A model generated the notes under the pieces. The model worked only from the letters and a program-made list of their open reading frames with translations. It was not told where the DNA came from and searched no databases. 64,000 nucleotides of DNA, from positions 1,128 through 65,127 of the forward strand of contig CAZWLE010000001.1 in NCBI GenBank assembly GCA_964634305.1. The letters are read 5' to 3'. The position numbers and the translations under genes were made by a program. The DNA is from an uncultured Candidatus Saccharibacteria bacterium (GTDB lineage: Bacteria > Patescibacteriota > Minisyncoccia > Phycocordibacterales > Phycocordibacteraceae). Below are positions 18,043 through 27,501 of this stretch, one piece after another. The first letter of the stretch is position 1; the number at the start of each line of letters is the position of its first letter.

Positions 18043-18600
18043 ATGCATGAGATAGAAGTAAAAGCAGCGCTAAAAGACAAGGAAGGCGTCATGCGTCTTC
18101 TCATAGAGCGCGGTGTTGTATTTTCCGAGCCAGTCACCGAAGACGACATGCTCTATGCGCTTGAGGTGGGAGATAAAGAGTCATATAACCGGAACCAAAA
18201 CTTCTTGCGCACGCGTGTGCGAGGTAATGGAGAAATCATCTTTACGCTCAAGCATCACCCCGAGCGTCATGAAGGCCGCGCTGATTCTATGCCCATTGAG
18301 CACGAAACAAGTGTTGGGTCTCGTGAGGAAATTGAAGCGATGCTGAAATATATGGGGTACCAAGAAGCTGTGCGGGTGCAGAAGACGAGACAAAAAGGGA
18401 AATTGGATAAGCGCGAGTACTGTATCGACGATGTCGAAGGACTAGGGTCGTTTATTGAGATAGAAGAACTGGGAGCCAAAGAGGATGTCTCTCGGATTGT
18501 GGAGGAGCTCCTAGAAGAACTCGCTGGACTTGGTATTGCTCGGGAGGATATGTTCGCTGAACGGTACGATATTGCAATGCTCAAGAAACGTTGGAGCTAG
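18043..18600 (+). CDS. CYTH-domain protein (triphosphate tunnel metalloenzyme / class IV adenylate cyclase-like)
   Basis: N-terminal EIEVK motif, alternating acidic/basic beta-strand pattern and a C-terminal EIEEL motif, typical of CyaB/CYTH. Confidence 0.55.
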   Translation: MHEIEVKAALKDKEGVMRLLIERGVVFSEPVTEDDMLYALEVGDKESYNRNQNFLRTRVRGNGEIIFTLKHHPERHEGRADSMPIEHETSVGSREEIEAMLKYMGYQEAVRVQKTRQKGKLDKREYCIDDVEGLGSFIEIEELGAKEDVSRIVEELLEELAGLGIAREDMFAERYDIAMLKKRWS

Positions 18601-18647
18601 CGGTATACTGGTTGCAGGTTCGTTTATCGGCATTTTTCTACGAAACC

Positions 18648-19211
18648 ATGGATATGAAGGCAATTATTGGCATCATTGTTGCAGTCGCTGTGATTGGCGG
18701 CGGCGCATGGTATGTCACGCAGCAGTCAGAGGAAGGTACTGAGGAGCAGAAGGCAACAGGTACGATGAACACGGGTACCTACGCAACTTTGCTCGCACTT
18801 GGCGGCTCACAGGAGTGTCAGGTCAGTGTTATGAATCCTGACGCACCGGCGACTGGCACCGTGTACGTCTCAGGAGATGAGGTACGTTCTGACGTGGTCG
18901 CCACCCCCGAGGGTACGTCTATAACCGCACATATGATAAAAACCGGCGGCTATCTCTACATGTGGACCGACATGATGCCGCAGGGGGTACGAGTGAAAGA
19001 AAGCGCAGCCGCAGAAATGGCAGATGAGAATCAGACCGCAACGGGCTTTAACACGAGCACGGAAGTCTCCTATTCCTGCAAGCCATGGATAGTGGATGCA
19101 TCAAAGTTTGAAGTCCCAGGCTCCGTTACGTTTATGGAATTTGGTGCGCAAGGTGGTACGGGTGGTTTCCCGATGCCAAACATGCCGCTGACGGCGCCGC
19201 AGCCAAACTAG
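18648..19211 (+). CDS. Secreted/anchored hypothetical protein
   Basis: N-terminal TM/signal segment (KAIIGIIVAVAVIGGGAWYV) and a Gly/Thr-rich C-terminus. Confidence 0.35.
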   Translation: MDMKAIIGIIVAVAVIGGGAWYVTQQSEEGTEEQKATGTMNTGTYATLLALGGSQECQVSVMNPDAPATGTVYVSGDEVRSDVVATPEGTSITAHMIKTGGYLYMWTDMMPQGVRVKESAAAEMADENQTATGFNTSTEVSYSCKPWIVDASKFEVPGSVTFMEFGAQGGTGGFPMPNMPLTAPQPN

Positions 19212-19230
19212 TACGTGTCATAAAAACGTT

Positions 19231-19253
19231 AGCGCCCCCAGTCGGGGGCGCTT
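19231..19253. terminator. Bidirectional terminator between convergent genes
   Basis: AGCGCCCCC-agtc-GGGGGCGCT flanked by A-rich and T-rich tracts. Confidence 0.5.
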
Positions 19254-19276
19254 TCGCTTAGAGTATTGTCGTAGCG

Positions 19277-19690
19277 TTAGACCGTGTTCTTGCTGTCGAC
19301 TTGCGGAGGCATTGGCACGGGGACGAGCACATAGAATTGCCGACCCGTGAGATTGCTGCCACCAGCGAGGACACGGGCGCGCACGACGATAAGCTCGACG
19401 TTTTGATGAGCGTACGGCGTGTTTGCTTCGCGGTCGAGCACTGCATCAACGCGAATGATGGCCGGTGTTGACCCATTTGAGAGACACCGTTGCTCAGTCA
19501 GTTGCGTGAGCATGGTCGCGATGAAGACTTCATCGCCGCCAGATTGGAACGCACGGCCGATAGCGCGCGCGTCTTCTTCTTGCGAACAGAAGATGCCGTC
19601 GTACGGAATAGACGGATTTGCGTCTTGTGCGTAACTGAAGCCAGTGGTGAAAATCCACCCCGCAGCGAGTGCGGTGCAAAAGCGCATCAT
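19277..19690 (-). CDS. Secreted hypothetical protein (signal peptide)
   Basis: N-terminal signal-like MMRFCTALAAGWIFTTGFSYA. No recognisable domain. Confidence 0.35.
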   Translation of the reverse strand: MMRFCTALAAGWIFTTGFSYAQDANPSIPYDGIFCSQEEDARAIGRAFQSGGDEVFIATMLTQLTEQRCLSNGSTPAIIRVDAVLDREANTPYAHQNVELIVVRARVLAGGSNLTGRQFYVLVPVPMPPQVDSKNTV

Positions 19691-19849
19691 GATATGTCCT
19701 CCAAGTGGAGAGCCTAGCTGAGAAAGTACAGCTCGGCACAGTATGCACCCGCTCTATCTACGTTGGTGCATTATCCACAGCTCATTTGACGCATCACTGT
19801 ACCGGTCTATACTTGGGCTTTAATGGCCGGCACGATAAGTAAGAGCAGC

Positions 19850-19872
19850 ACCTCCTTGGCGGAGGTATTTTT
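19850..19872 (+). promoter_or_regulatory. Leader hairpin plus U-tract immediately upstream of carA (attenuator candidate)
   Basis: ACCTCC-ttggc-GGAGGT followed by ATTTTTGTG, ending about 15 nt before the carA ATG. Confidence 0.35.
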
Positions 19873-19887
19873 GTGCCCAGTCTCGAT

Positions 19888-20931
19888 ATGAAGCTCCATC
19901 TTGAAAACGGCGAATCGTTTGAGGGAGCATCATTTGGTGCGAAGAAAACAATGACAGGTGAAGTCGTATTCAACACCGGTATGGTTGGATACGTAGAAAC
20001 GCTTACCGACCCGTCATACCGAGGACAAATTCTCGTATGTACCTATCCGCTCGTTGGTAACTACGGTGTGCCTGACAAGAAAGGATTTGAATCAGAGCGT
20101 ATTCAGGTAGCAGGGCTCGTCGTGTCGGAATACTGCGAAGCGTATTCGCATGCAGACGCAAAAGAATCGCTTGGTGCGTGGCTGACGCGTTCTGGAGTTC
20201 CGGCAATGACCGGCGCTGATACGCGCGCTATCACGAAGATGCTCCGCGAGAAGGGCGTCATGCTTGGTGCTCTTTCATACGACGGCAAGAAGCCAAAGCT
20301 CAAGGACCCGAACGAAGGGAATTTGGTAGCAGACGTATCGCTTTCCAAAAAGAAGATCTATGGTTCCGGCAAGAAGCGCATTATTGCGGTTGATTGCGGC
20401 ATGAAGGAGAACATTGCGCGCATGCTCGCCGTACCAGGAGCGACCGTGACGCGTGTGCCATGGGATTACGATTTCACTAAGGAGAAGTACGACGGACTCT
20501 TCATTAGTAACGGTCCGGGGAATCCAGAACAATGTGAGGCCACGATTCAACATCTGCGTAAAGCAATGAAGAAAGACACGCCGATACTTGGTATCTGTCT
20601 TGGTACGCAGCTGCTTGCGCTTGCGGCAGGAGGAAAGACCTACAAGCTCAAGTATGGTCATCGTTCTCAAAATCAGCCGTGCACCATTGTGAAGTCAGGC
20701 GCAAAGCGTTCCTACATCACGAGTCAAAACCACGGCTACGCTGTTGATGCCGCATCACTCCCTAAGGAATGGAAGGTGTGGTTCACCAATGCCAATGATG
20801 GCTCAGTGGAAGGTATACGCCATACCACTAAGCCGTGGCAGGCAGTGCAATTTCATCCTGAGGCAGCACCAGGCCCAACTGACACGGCGTGGGTACTGCA
20901 GGATTTTCTTAAGAAAGTAGGCGCTATATGA
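19888..20931 (+). CDS. carA: Carbamoyl-phosphate synthase small (glutaminase) subunit
   Basis: N-terminal GEVVFNTGMVGY, class I GATase Cys-His-Glu region (GICLGTQLLA ... HGY). The ATG at 19888 aligns with the E. coli CarA N-terminus, whereas the track's GTG at 19873 lies inside the leader hairpin. Confidence 0.9.
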   Translation: MKLHLENGESFEGASFGAKKTMTGEVVFNTGMVGYVETLTDPSYRGQILVCTYPLVGNYGVPDKKGFESERIQVAGLVVSEYCEAYSHADAKESLGAWLTRSGVPAMTGADTRAITKMLREKGVMLGALSYDGKKPKLKDPNEGNLVADVSLSKKKIYGSGKKRIIAVDCGMKENIARMLAVPGATVTRVPWDYDFTKEKYDGLFISNGPGNPEQCEATIQHLRKAMKKDTPILGICLGTQLLALAAGGKTYKLKYGHRSQNQPCTIVKSGAKRSYITSQNHGYAVDAASLPKEWKVWFTNANDGSVEGIRHTTKPWQAVQFHPEAAPGPTDTAWVLQDFLKKVGAI

Positions 20932-23900
20932 AACTAGACAAGCCAAAGAAGGTGCTGCTCCTTGGATCAGGCGGCCTTCGTATTGGTCAGGCAGGTGAGT
21001 TTGATTACTCCGGTTCTCAGGCCATTAAGGCGTTTAAGCAGGAGGGGATTGAGGTCATCCTCATGAATCCAAACATTGCGACGGTCCAGACGGACGAAGG
21101 ACTCGCAGACCGCGTGTACTTCCTGCCGCTCACGATAGAGTTCGCGACCGACATCATTAAAAAAGAACGCCCTGACGCTATCTCCCTTTCGTTTGGTGGC
21201 CAGACGGCGCTCAATCTTGGCTTGGCGCTTGAAGAAAAAGGGGTTCTAAAGAAATACGATGTTCGCGTGCTGGGTACGCCAGTGTCGGTGATTCGCGATA
21301 CCGAAGACCGTGACCTCTTTAAAAAGCGTCTCGACGAAATAGAGGTAAAGACGGCACGCTCGTTTGCAGTACGAAATGTCGCGGATGCCAAAGAAGCAGC
21401 AAAAAAGCTGGGCTACCCGATTATGTCGCGCTCAGGCTTTGCGCTTGGTGGCGAAGGCTCAGGTCTCGTGCGCACTGAGGCAGACTTGGTCGCCAAACTC
21501 TCCGAGGTATTTCATACAAACCCGCAGGTGCTTATCGAAGAATATCTCGAGGGCTGGAAGGAAGTGGAGTACGAAGTGGTACGTGACGCGTACGACAACT
21601 GCATCACGGTCTGTAACATGGAGAATCTTGACCCTATGGGAGTACACACGGGTGAGTCTATTGTCGTTGCGCCATCCCAGACCCTTACGAATGCCGAATA
21701 TCACAACCTTCGCGAGGTCGCGATTAAAACGATTCGTCACCTTGGCATCGTCGGTGAATGCAACATTCAGTACGCACTGCACCCTAAGACCGGTGACTAT
21801 CGCGTCATTGAAGTAAATGCTCGTCTCTCTCGTTCGTCAGCGCTCGCCTCAAAAGCAACCGGCTACCCGCTCGCCTACGTTGCGGCAAAGCTCGCGCTCG
21901 GCCACGCACTCCCTGACCTGCCAAACGCCGTCACTCGCTCAACGTCTGCGTGTTTTGAACCAGCACTCGACTACATCGTTATTAAGATGCCGCGCTGGGA
22001 CCTCAATAAATTTGAGAACGCGAATCATCAGATAGGAACAGAAATGAAGAGTGTGGGTGAAGTAATGGCAATAGGACGCTCGTTTGAAGAGGTGTTTCAG
22101 AAGGGTCTGCGCATGCTCTCGATTGGTGCTGATGGGTTTACGGCGCAACGTAATAGCAACTTCAAGATTGAAGACTACGAGAAGCAGATTAAGCATCCGA
22201 CTACTCGCCGTGTCTTTGCGATAGCGGAAGCACTCCGTAACGGCGTTACGGTAGAGCGCATTCACAAACTCTCTGGCATTGACCCATGGTTTTTGGAGAA
22301 GATGCGCAACCTTATCGCTATCGAGCGAAAACTTAAGCGTTCAACCCTTAACCGTGCTGACCTTCTGCTTGCAAAGCGCGCAGGGTTCTCTGACCGACAG
22401 ATTGCTAACCTTTCAAAGAAAACCGAAGCAGCCGTTCGTAAGTTGCGCGCGCGCGCAAAGATACGTCCGTACATAAAACAGATTGATACGCTCGCGGGTG
22501 AGTACCCAGCAGAAACAAACTACCTCTATCTCACTTATCACGGTGACCGCGACGACATCCTGCCGTCAAAGAAGAAGAGCGTTATCGTACTCGGCTCTGG
22601 TCCCTACGCGATTGGTTCTTCGGTTGAGTTTGATTGGTCGAGTGTGCAGGCACTCAAAACACTTGGCGACAATGGTTACGAAACCGTCATGGTCAATTAC
22701 AACCCGGAGACGGTGTCGACTGACTACGACATGAGTGACCGTCTCTACTTTGATGAACTCTCGCTTGAACGGGTGCTCGATATTGTTGCCTTTGAACAAC
22801 CAGCAGGGTTGGTAGTGTCTACCGGCGGACAGATTCCAAACAATCTTGCGCTCGCCCTCCACGAAGAAGGAGTAAAGATTCTCGGTACCTCACCTGCGGA
22901 TATTAATCGTGCGGAAGACCGCCATGTGTTTTCAGCACTCTTGGATAAACTTGGTATCGACCAGCCACGCTGGGTTGAGCTCTCTTCTCTTAATCAGGCG
23001 GCTAAGACAGCGGCAGAGATAGGGTATCCAGTGCTGATTCGCCCGTCGTACGTGCTCTCAGGTGCTGCCATGAGTGTAGCCTTTGATGAAGCATCGCTGC
23101 GTAAGTTCCTCCAGCGTGCGACGAAGGTGTCATCTGACCACCCGATTGTTATCTCTAAGTTTATTGAGAATGCGCGTGAAATTGAAATAGATGGTGTAGC
23201 GTCAAAAGGAAAGCTTGAGCTCTATGCGTTTAGTGAGCACGTAGAGAACGCCGGCACGCACTCAGGTGACGCGACGATAGTGCTTCCTGCGCAGCGCACT
23301 TACTTGGAAACAATTCGCCGTGCAAAACATATTGCAAAGCAGATTGTAAAAGAATTGAAGATAACAGGACCGTTTAATATTCAATTCCTTGCTAAAGACA
23401 ACAATATTCAGGTGATTGAGTGTAACGTGCGTGCCTCTCGTTCGTTCCCATTCGTCTCAAAAGTCACACGTTACAACTTCATTCGTATTGCGATTGAAGC
23501 AATGCTTGGAAAGAATATTTCGAGCGACTACAAAACGCTGGAGCTTGATTACGTCGGTGTAAAAAGCCCACAGTTCTCGCATAGTCGTATTAAGGGCGCC
23601 GACCCACTCTTGTATGTGGAAATGGCATCAACCGGTGAAGTAGCAGCCTTTGGTGAGAACTATCACCATGCACTCCTTAAATCGATGATGGCAGCGGGTA
23701 TGCGGTTGCCGAAGAAGAACGTCCTTGTCTCTCTTGGTGGTGATGAGAACAAAATAAAACTGCTCCCATCACTTCGAACACTGCACGATATGGGTTTTGT
23801 ACTCTTTGCGTCAGAGGGTACGCATGACTTCTTGGCTGAACACAACATTCCGTCAAAGAAAGTGCATAAAATTAATGCGCACAAAGAACCAAACATTCTG

Positions 23901-24128
23901 TCACTTATTGAAGATGGAGATGTAGACCTCATTGTTAACATTCCGACGCGCCCGCTCGCGCGTGAGACGGAAGACGGCTTTGTTATTCGTCGAAAAGCAG
24001 TCGACCTTGGTATTCCACTCATCACCAACCGCCAGCTTGCCGAAGCATTTATCACGGCACTCTCTGAAACGGGTGTAGGAGAGAAGCTACACGCCAAGGC
24101 GTGGGACGAATATAAGAAGGAAGCGTAA
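20928..24128 (+). CDS. carB: Carbamoyl-phosphate synthase large subunit
   Basis: Two ATP-grasp halves, an oligomerisation domain and a C-terminal MGS-like domain. The start overlaps the carA stop (ATGA). Length 1066 aa. Confidence 0.95.
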   Translation: MKLDKPKKVLLLGSGGLRIGQAGEFDYSGSQAIKAFKQEGIEVILMNPNIATVQTDEGLADRVYFLPLTIEFATDIIKKERPDAISLSFGGQTALNLGLALEEKGVLKKYDVRVLGTPVSVIRDTEDRDLFKKRLDEIEVKTARSFAVRNVADAKEAAKKLGYPIMSRSGFALGGEGSGLVRTEADLVAKLSEVFHTNPQVLIEEYLEGWKEVEYEVVRDAYDNCITVCNMENLDPMGVHTGESIVVAPSQTLTNAEYHNLREVAIKTIRHLGIVGECNIQYALHPKTGDYRVIEVNARLSRSSALASKATGYPLAYVAAKLALGHALPDLPNAVTRSTSACFEPALDYIVIKMPRWDLNKFENANHQIGTEMKSVGEVMAIGRSFEEVFQKGLRMLSIGADGFTAQRNSNFKIEDYEKQIKHPTTRRVFAIAEALRNGVTVERIHKLSGIDPWFLEKMRNLIAIERKLKRSTLNRADLLLAKRAGFSDRQIANLSKKTEAAVRKLRARAKIRPYIKQIDTLAGEYPAETNYLYLTYHGDRDDILPSKKKSVIVLGSGPYAIGSSVEFDWSSVQALKTLGDNGYETVMVNYNPETVSTDYDMSDRLYFDELSLERVLDIVAFEQPAGLVVSTGGQIPNNLALALHEEGVKILGTSPADINRAEDRHVFSALLDKLGIDQPRWVELSSLNQAAKTAAEIGYPVLIRPSYVLSGAAMSVAFDEASLRKFLQRATKVSSDHPIVISKFIENAREIEIDGVASKGKLELYAFSEHVENAGTHSGDATIVLPAQRTYLETIRRAKHIAKQIVKELKITGPFNIQFLAKDNNIQVIECNVRASRSFPFVSKVTRYNFIRIAIEAMLGKNISSDYKTLELDYVGVKSPQFSHSRIKGADPLLYVEMASTGEVAAFGENYHHALLKSMMAAGMRLPKKNVLVSLGGDENKIKLLPSLRTLHDMGFVLFASEGTHDFLAEHNIPSKKVHKINAHKEPNILSLIEDGDVDLIVNIPTRPLARETEDGFVIRRKAVDLGIPLITNRQLAEAFITALSETGVGEKLHAKAWDEYKKEA

Positions 24129-24199
24129 GTGCGCCTTCACCCGCCCTTCACTAGGCGTTCGCGGTATAATGGGTGGGATTACCGGCTAGCCTCGCATAC

Positions 24200-24700
24200 A
24201 TGAACAAAAACACGCTTTGGATTATCGGTGGCGTCATTGTGGTTCTCGCACTTGGCTGGTGGGCGTATGCATCCATGAATGCTCCTACGGCCGTTGAGAA
24301 CAGCAGCCAGCAAGTCGCGGGAGAAAACGAAGAAGGATTTGTTGACGGCTCAAAAGACGGTGCTGCAGCCTCTCCTTCCACGCCAACGGGCGCAGTCGTT
24401 ATCACTCACAGTGAGAATGGCTTCTCTCCGGCATCTGTTACGGTGAAGCAGGGAACGACTGTCACGTTTATTAATGAGGACGGTAGTCGTATGTGGGTTG
24501 GCTCTGATGAGCACCCAACTCACACCGGGTATGCAGGCACCTCTCGCAGTGAGCACTGTACGAACGGTCCAAGCGCAACGGCGTTTGACCAGTGTGGTGC
24601 AACTGCAACCTACATGTTTACGTTCAACAAGACAGGAACGTGGGGGTATCACAACCACGTAGCGGCTGACCAGAAGGGTACCGTCGTTGTTACGCCATAG
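24200..24700 (+). CDS. Membrane-anchored cupredoxin-like domain protein
   Basis: N-terminal TM segment, a Ser/Gly-rich linker and a C-terminal beta-sandwich (VTVKQGTTVTFINEDGS ... GTWGYHNHV) resembling the cupredoxin fold. A TATAAT box at 24165–24170 favours the ATG at 24200. Confidence 0.35.
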   Translation: MNKNTLWIIGGVIVVLALGWWAYASMNAPTAVENSSQQVAGENEEGFVDGSKDGAAASPSTPTGAVVITHSENGFSPASVTVKQGTTVTFINEDGSRMWVGSDEHPTHTGYAGTSRSEHCTNGPSATAFDQCGATATYMFTFNKTGTWGYHNHVAADQKGTVVVTP

Positions 24701-24702
24701 GT

Positions 24703-25059
24703 ATGCGTTTCTCTGGAGTGCCTGAGCTTCTCCTTCGTCTAGGCGTTGCGTTTGCGTTTCTGTATCCGCCGGTTAACGCCATCATCGATCCGTATGCGTG
24801 GGTAGGATACTTCCCATCGTTTGTGCGCGACATAGGTTCAGAGATGCTCATCTTGCATATCTTTGGACTTATCGAGGTCATCATTGGTCTCTGGATACTG
24901 TCGGGTCGCAAGATATTCCTGCCATCAGTAGCCGCAACGGTGGCATTGCTTGGCATCGTGGTCTTTAACCTTGGTGACTTCCAGGTACTTTTCCGCGACC
25001 TCTCGATAGCAGCAATGTCACTTGCGCTTGCCTTGCTGCATCGGCCGCAGAAAGCCTAA
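24703..25059 (+). CDS. DoxX-family membrane protein
   Basis: Four hydrophobic helices in the DoxX size range (118 aa). Confidence 0.4.
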   Translation: MRFSGVPELLLRLGVAFAFLYPPVNAIIDPYAWVGYFPSFVRDIGSEMLILHIFGLIEVIIGLWILSGRKIFLPSVAATVALLGIVVFNLGDFQVLFRDLSIAAMSLALALLHRPQKA

Positions 25060-25106
25060 AGGAGGCGTGTGGGTGGGGATAGTGCGACACGTATAATGGG
25101 CGGGCT

Positions 25107-26765
25107 ATGACGCAGGACGAGGCACTCTCGATTCTAAAGACCGGTGCGAACGCATTTCTGACCGGAGAGCCGGGCAGCGGCAAGACGCATACAGTAAACG
25201 CATATGTACGGTGGCTGCGGTCGCATGGTATCGAACCAGCGATTACTGCCTCAACGGGTATTGCTGCAACGCACGTAGGCGGCATGACCATTCATGCGTG
25301 GAGTGGTATTGGTATCCGTGAATATTTGTCGCCCTCTGATGTTGATGCGATTGCGTCCAAAGAGCATGTGGCTCGTCGTATTGGGAAAGCAACGACGCTC
25401 ATCATCGATGAAATCTCAATGCTCTCTGGCGAAGCACTTACTATGGTTGATAGTGTGTTGCGTGAAGTACGTCGCGATGACCGTGCGTTTGGTGGGCTTC
25501 AGGTCGTTATGGTGGGTGACTTCTTCCAGTTGCCGCCGGTCGGGAAAGCCGGACGCCCGGCTTCTTTTGCGTTCCAATCCGCTGCGTGGAATGCACTCAA
25601 TCCCCTGACGCTCTATCTAGAAGAACAACACCGTCAGGAAGATACGGAGTTTACTGACCTTCTCGGTCGCATACGAAGCGGTACGGCGGACCATAGTGAC
25701 GTATCGCGCATCATGTCCCGTGAGACAGAAGACGATGAAGGTACGCGTGAGTTGCCGCGCCTTTACACGCATAACGCTGACGCTGACCGCGAGAATGCGA
25801 GTAAGCTCGCGGCACTCCCCGGCACAGTGCGTACGTGCTACATGGACGCCACCGGTCCTGATGCGTTGGTAGACGCTCTAAAACGTGGCTGTTTGTCGCC
25901 AGAGCAGCTTGAACTTAAAGAAGGGGCGGTGGTGATGTTCACGAAGAACAATCCGATGAGTGGCTACAGTAACGGCACGATTGGGGTTGTGGAGGGATTT
26001 GAAGGAGGGAGCGGGTATCCCGTCGTGCGCACTCGCGATGAGCGCACGCTTATCGTGATGCCCCAAGACTGGGCCGTTGAAGAGAACGGTAAGGTGCGTG
26101 CAAAGCTCTCTCAGGTGCCACTGCGTTTGGCGTGGGCTATCACCGTGCATAAAAGCCAAGGCCAATCGATTGATGCTGCTCTCATAGACCTTTCACGCGC
26201 GTTTGAATACGGTCAAGGATATGTAGCACTCTCTCGCTTACGTTCGCTTGAAGGGTTGCATCTTCTTGGCTGGAACGAAAATGCCCTCATGGTGCATCCT
26301 CTGGTTGCGCAAATGGATACTATATTTCGCGCGTCCTCTCATGAAGCGGCACGAATTTTTGGTGCTCTCCCAGACCGTGCACAGTTAGAGAACGATTTCA
26401 TACGAGCGTCTGGCGGAACGCTTCAAGCGTCGAGCGATGGCGAGCGAAAGGGAAAGCCCTCCACCTATGACACTACCTACGAACTCATAACGGAAGGTAA
26501 AAGTCTGTTGCTCATCGCTAAAGAGCGAAACATGACGGTTGGCACTATCGTCACGCATCTTGAGAAGCTCTACGAAGCGGGACGGCTTGAGCTAGATGCA
26601 ATTGCAGAGCTTTCACCAAAGGCAGTGGTAGACGGTCTTGGGGTTATTGGCGAGGCATTTACCAAAGCGAAGACCTCATCGCTCACTCCGGTGTTTAAAC
26701 GCCTTAAAGGGAAGTACACCTTCGACGAATTGAAACTCGCACGACTCCTCCTTTCGGACTCCTGA
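25107..26765 (+). CDS. PIF1/RecD-family SF1B DNA helicase with C-terminal HTH-like extension
   Basis: Walker A GEPGSGKTH, Walker B LIIDEISM, MVGDFFQLPPV and AITVHKSQGQS motifs, plus a roughly 150-aa C-terminal tail. Confidence 0.7.
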   Translation: MTQDEALSILKTGANAFLTGEPGSGKTHTVNAYVRWLRSHGIEPAITASTGIAATHVGGMTIHAWSGIGIREYLSPSDVDAIASKEHVARRIGKATTLIIDEISMLSGEALTMVDSVLREVRRDDRAFGGLQVVMVGDFFQLPPVGKAGRPASFAFQSAAWNALNPLTLYLEEQHRQEDTEFTDLLGRIRSGTADHSDVSRIMSRETEDDEGTRELPRLYTHNADADRENASKLAALPGTVRTCYMDATGPDALVDALKRGCLSPEQLELKEGAVVMFTKNNPMSGYSNGTIGVVEGFEGGSGYPVVRTRDERTLIVMPQDWAVEENGKVRAKLSQVPLRLAWAITVHKSQGQSIDAALIDLSRAFEYGQGYVALSRLRSLEGLHLLGWNENALMVHPLVAQMDTIFRASSHEAARIFGALPDRAQLENDFIRASGGTLQASSDGERKGKPSTYDTTYELITEGKSLLLIAKERNMTVGTIVTHLEKLYEAGRLELDAIAELSPKAVVDGLGVIGEAFTKAKTSSLTPVFKRLKGKYTFDELKLARLLLSDS

Positions 26766-26784
26766 CCCTTGGTATACTAGGTAT

Positions 26785-27456
26785 ATGAACTGGAAGGGCT
26801 GGACGCTGTTTGCCATTATCCTCGCGCTCGCCGGAGCGATAACAGCCTTTATACTCGTTGCGAACGATACACCGCCCCCTGCGCCGGTAGTAGAGGAAGA
26901 AGTACCAAATCTTGAAGGTCAGAATCTGTACGCAAGTGGTGAGTATGGTTTTACGCTCCGCTATCCTGCGTCTGCGCGTCTTGAAGAAGCATTCTCTGCG
27001 GAGTATCACCTCGCTCCAACCTGGCGTGCGTCAGCGCGTGAAGATACCGGTACTCCTGTGCTTGCGCTCGTTGCGTATGAGACGGAAAGCGATAGTTCGT
27101 ACCCTCGTTACTACCGGGCGCTCGTGCGTCTTGGGGTGTCAGACGATGCAGCGGATGTGTCATCGTGTGAGTCAGTAACGCCTGATTCAGGGGAAGAGGC
27201 CCTTGCAGATGTCGTATTGAATGGCACGACTTGGAGTGCGTTCTCCTTTGCAGATGCTGGCATGCAGCAGTACGTCAAAGGTGTCTCATATCGCACCGTG
27301 CATAACGGCAAGTGTTACGCACTCGAGAAGATTGCCGCTGGTTCCTCGTATCGTGATGACCCAGAAAGTGGAAGTGATATCCCTGACGAAGAGCTCGACG
27401 CAGAATATGCGCAGCTTGATGCGATTGTTTCCACCTTCACGTTCTCTGCGCCATAG
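26785..27456 (+). CDS. Secreted hypothetical protein (N-terminal TM/signal)
   Basis: WTLFAIILALAGAITAFILVA anchor. No recognisable domain. Confidence 0.35.
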   Translation: MNWKGWTLFAIILALAGAITAFILVANDTPPPAPVVEEEVPNLEGQNLYASGEYGFTLRYPASARLEEAFSAEYHLAPTWRASAREDTGTPVLALVAYETESDSSYPRYYRALVRLGVSDDAADVSSCESVTPDSGEEALADVVLNGTTWSAFSFADAGMQQYVKGVSYRTVHNGKCYALEKIAAGSSYRDDPESGSDIPDEELDAEYAQLDAIVSTFTFSAP

Positions 27457-27501
27457 TTTCGTTCTTGGTAGTCGTGTGCTAGAGTAGCCCGCAATACAGG
27501 T

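Noticed and set aside
19691-19872. PyrR-binding attenuator motif in the carA leader
   Set aside because: The conserved PyrR loop sequence (UCCAGAGAGG) is not present. Only a simple hairpin plus U-tract was found, reported separately.
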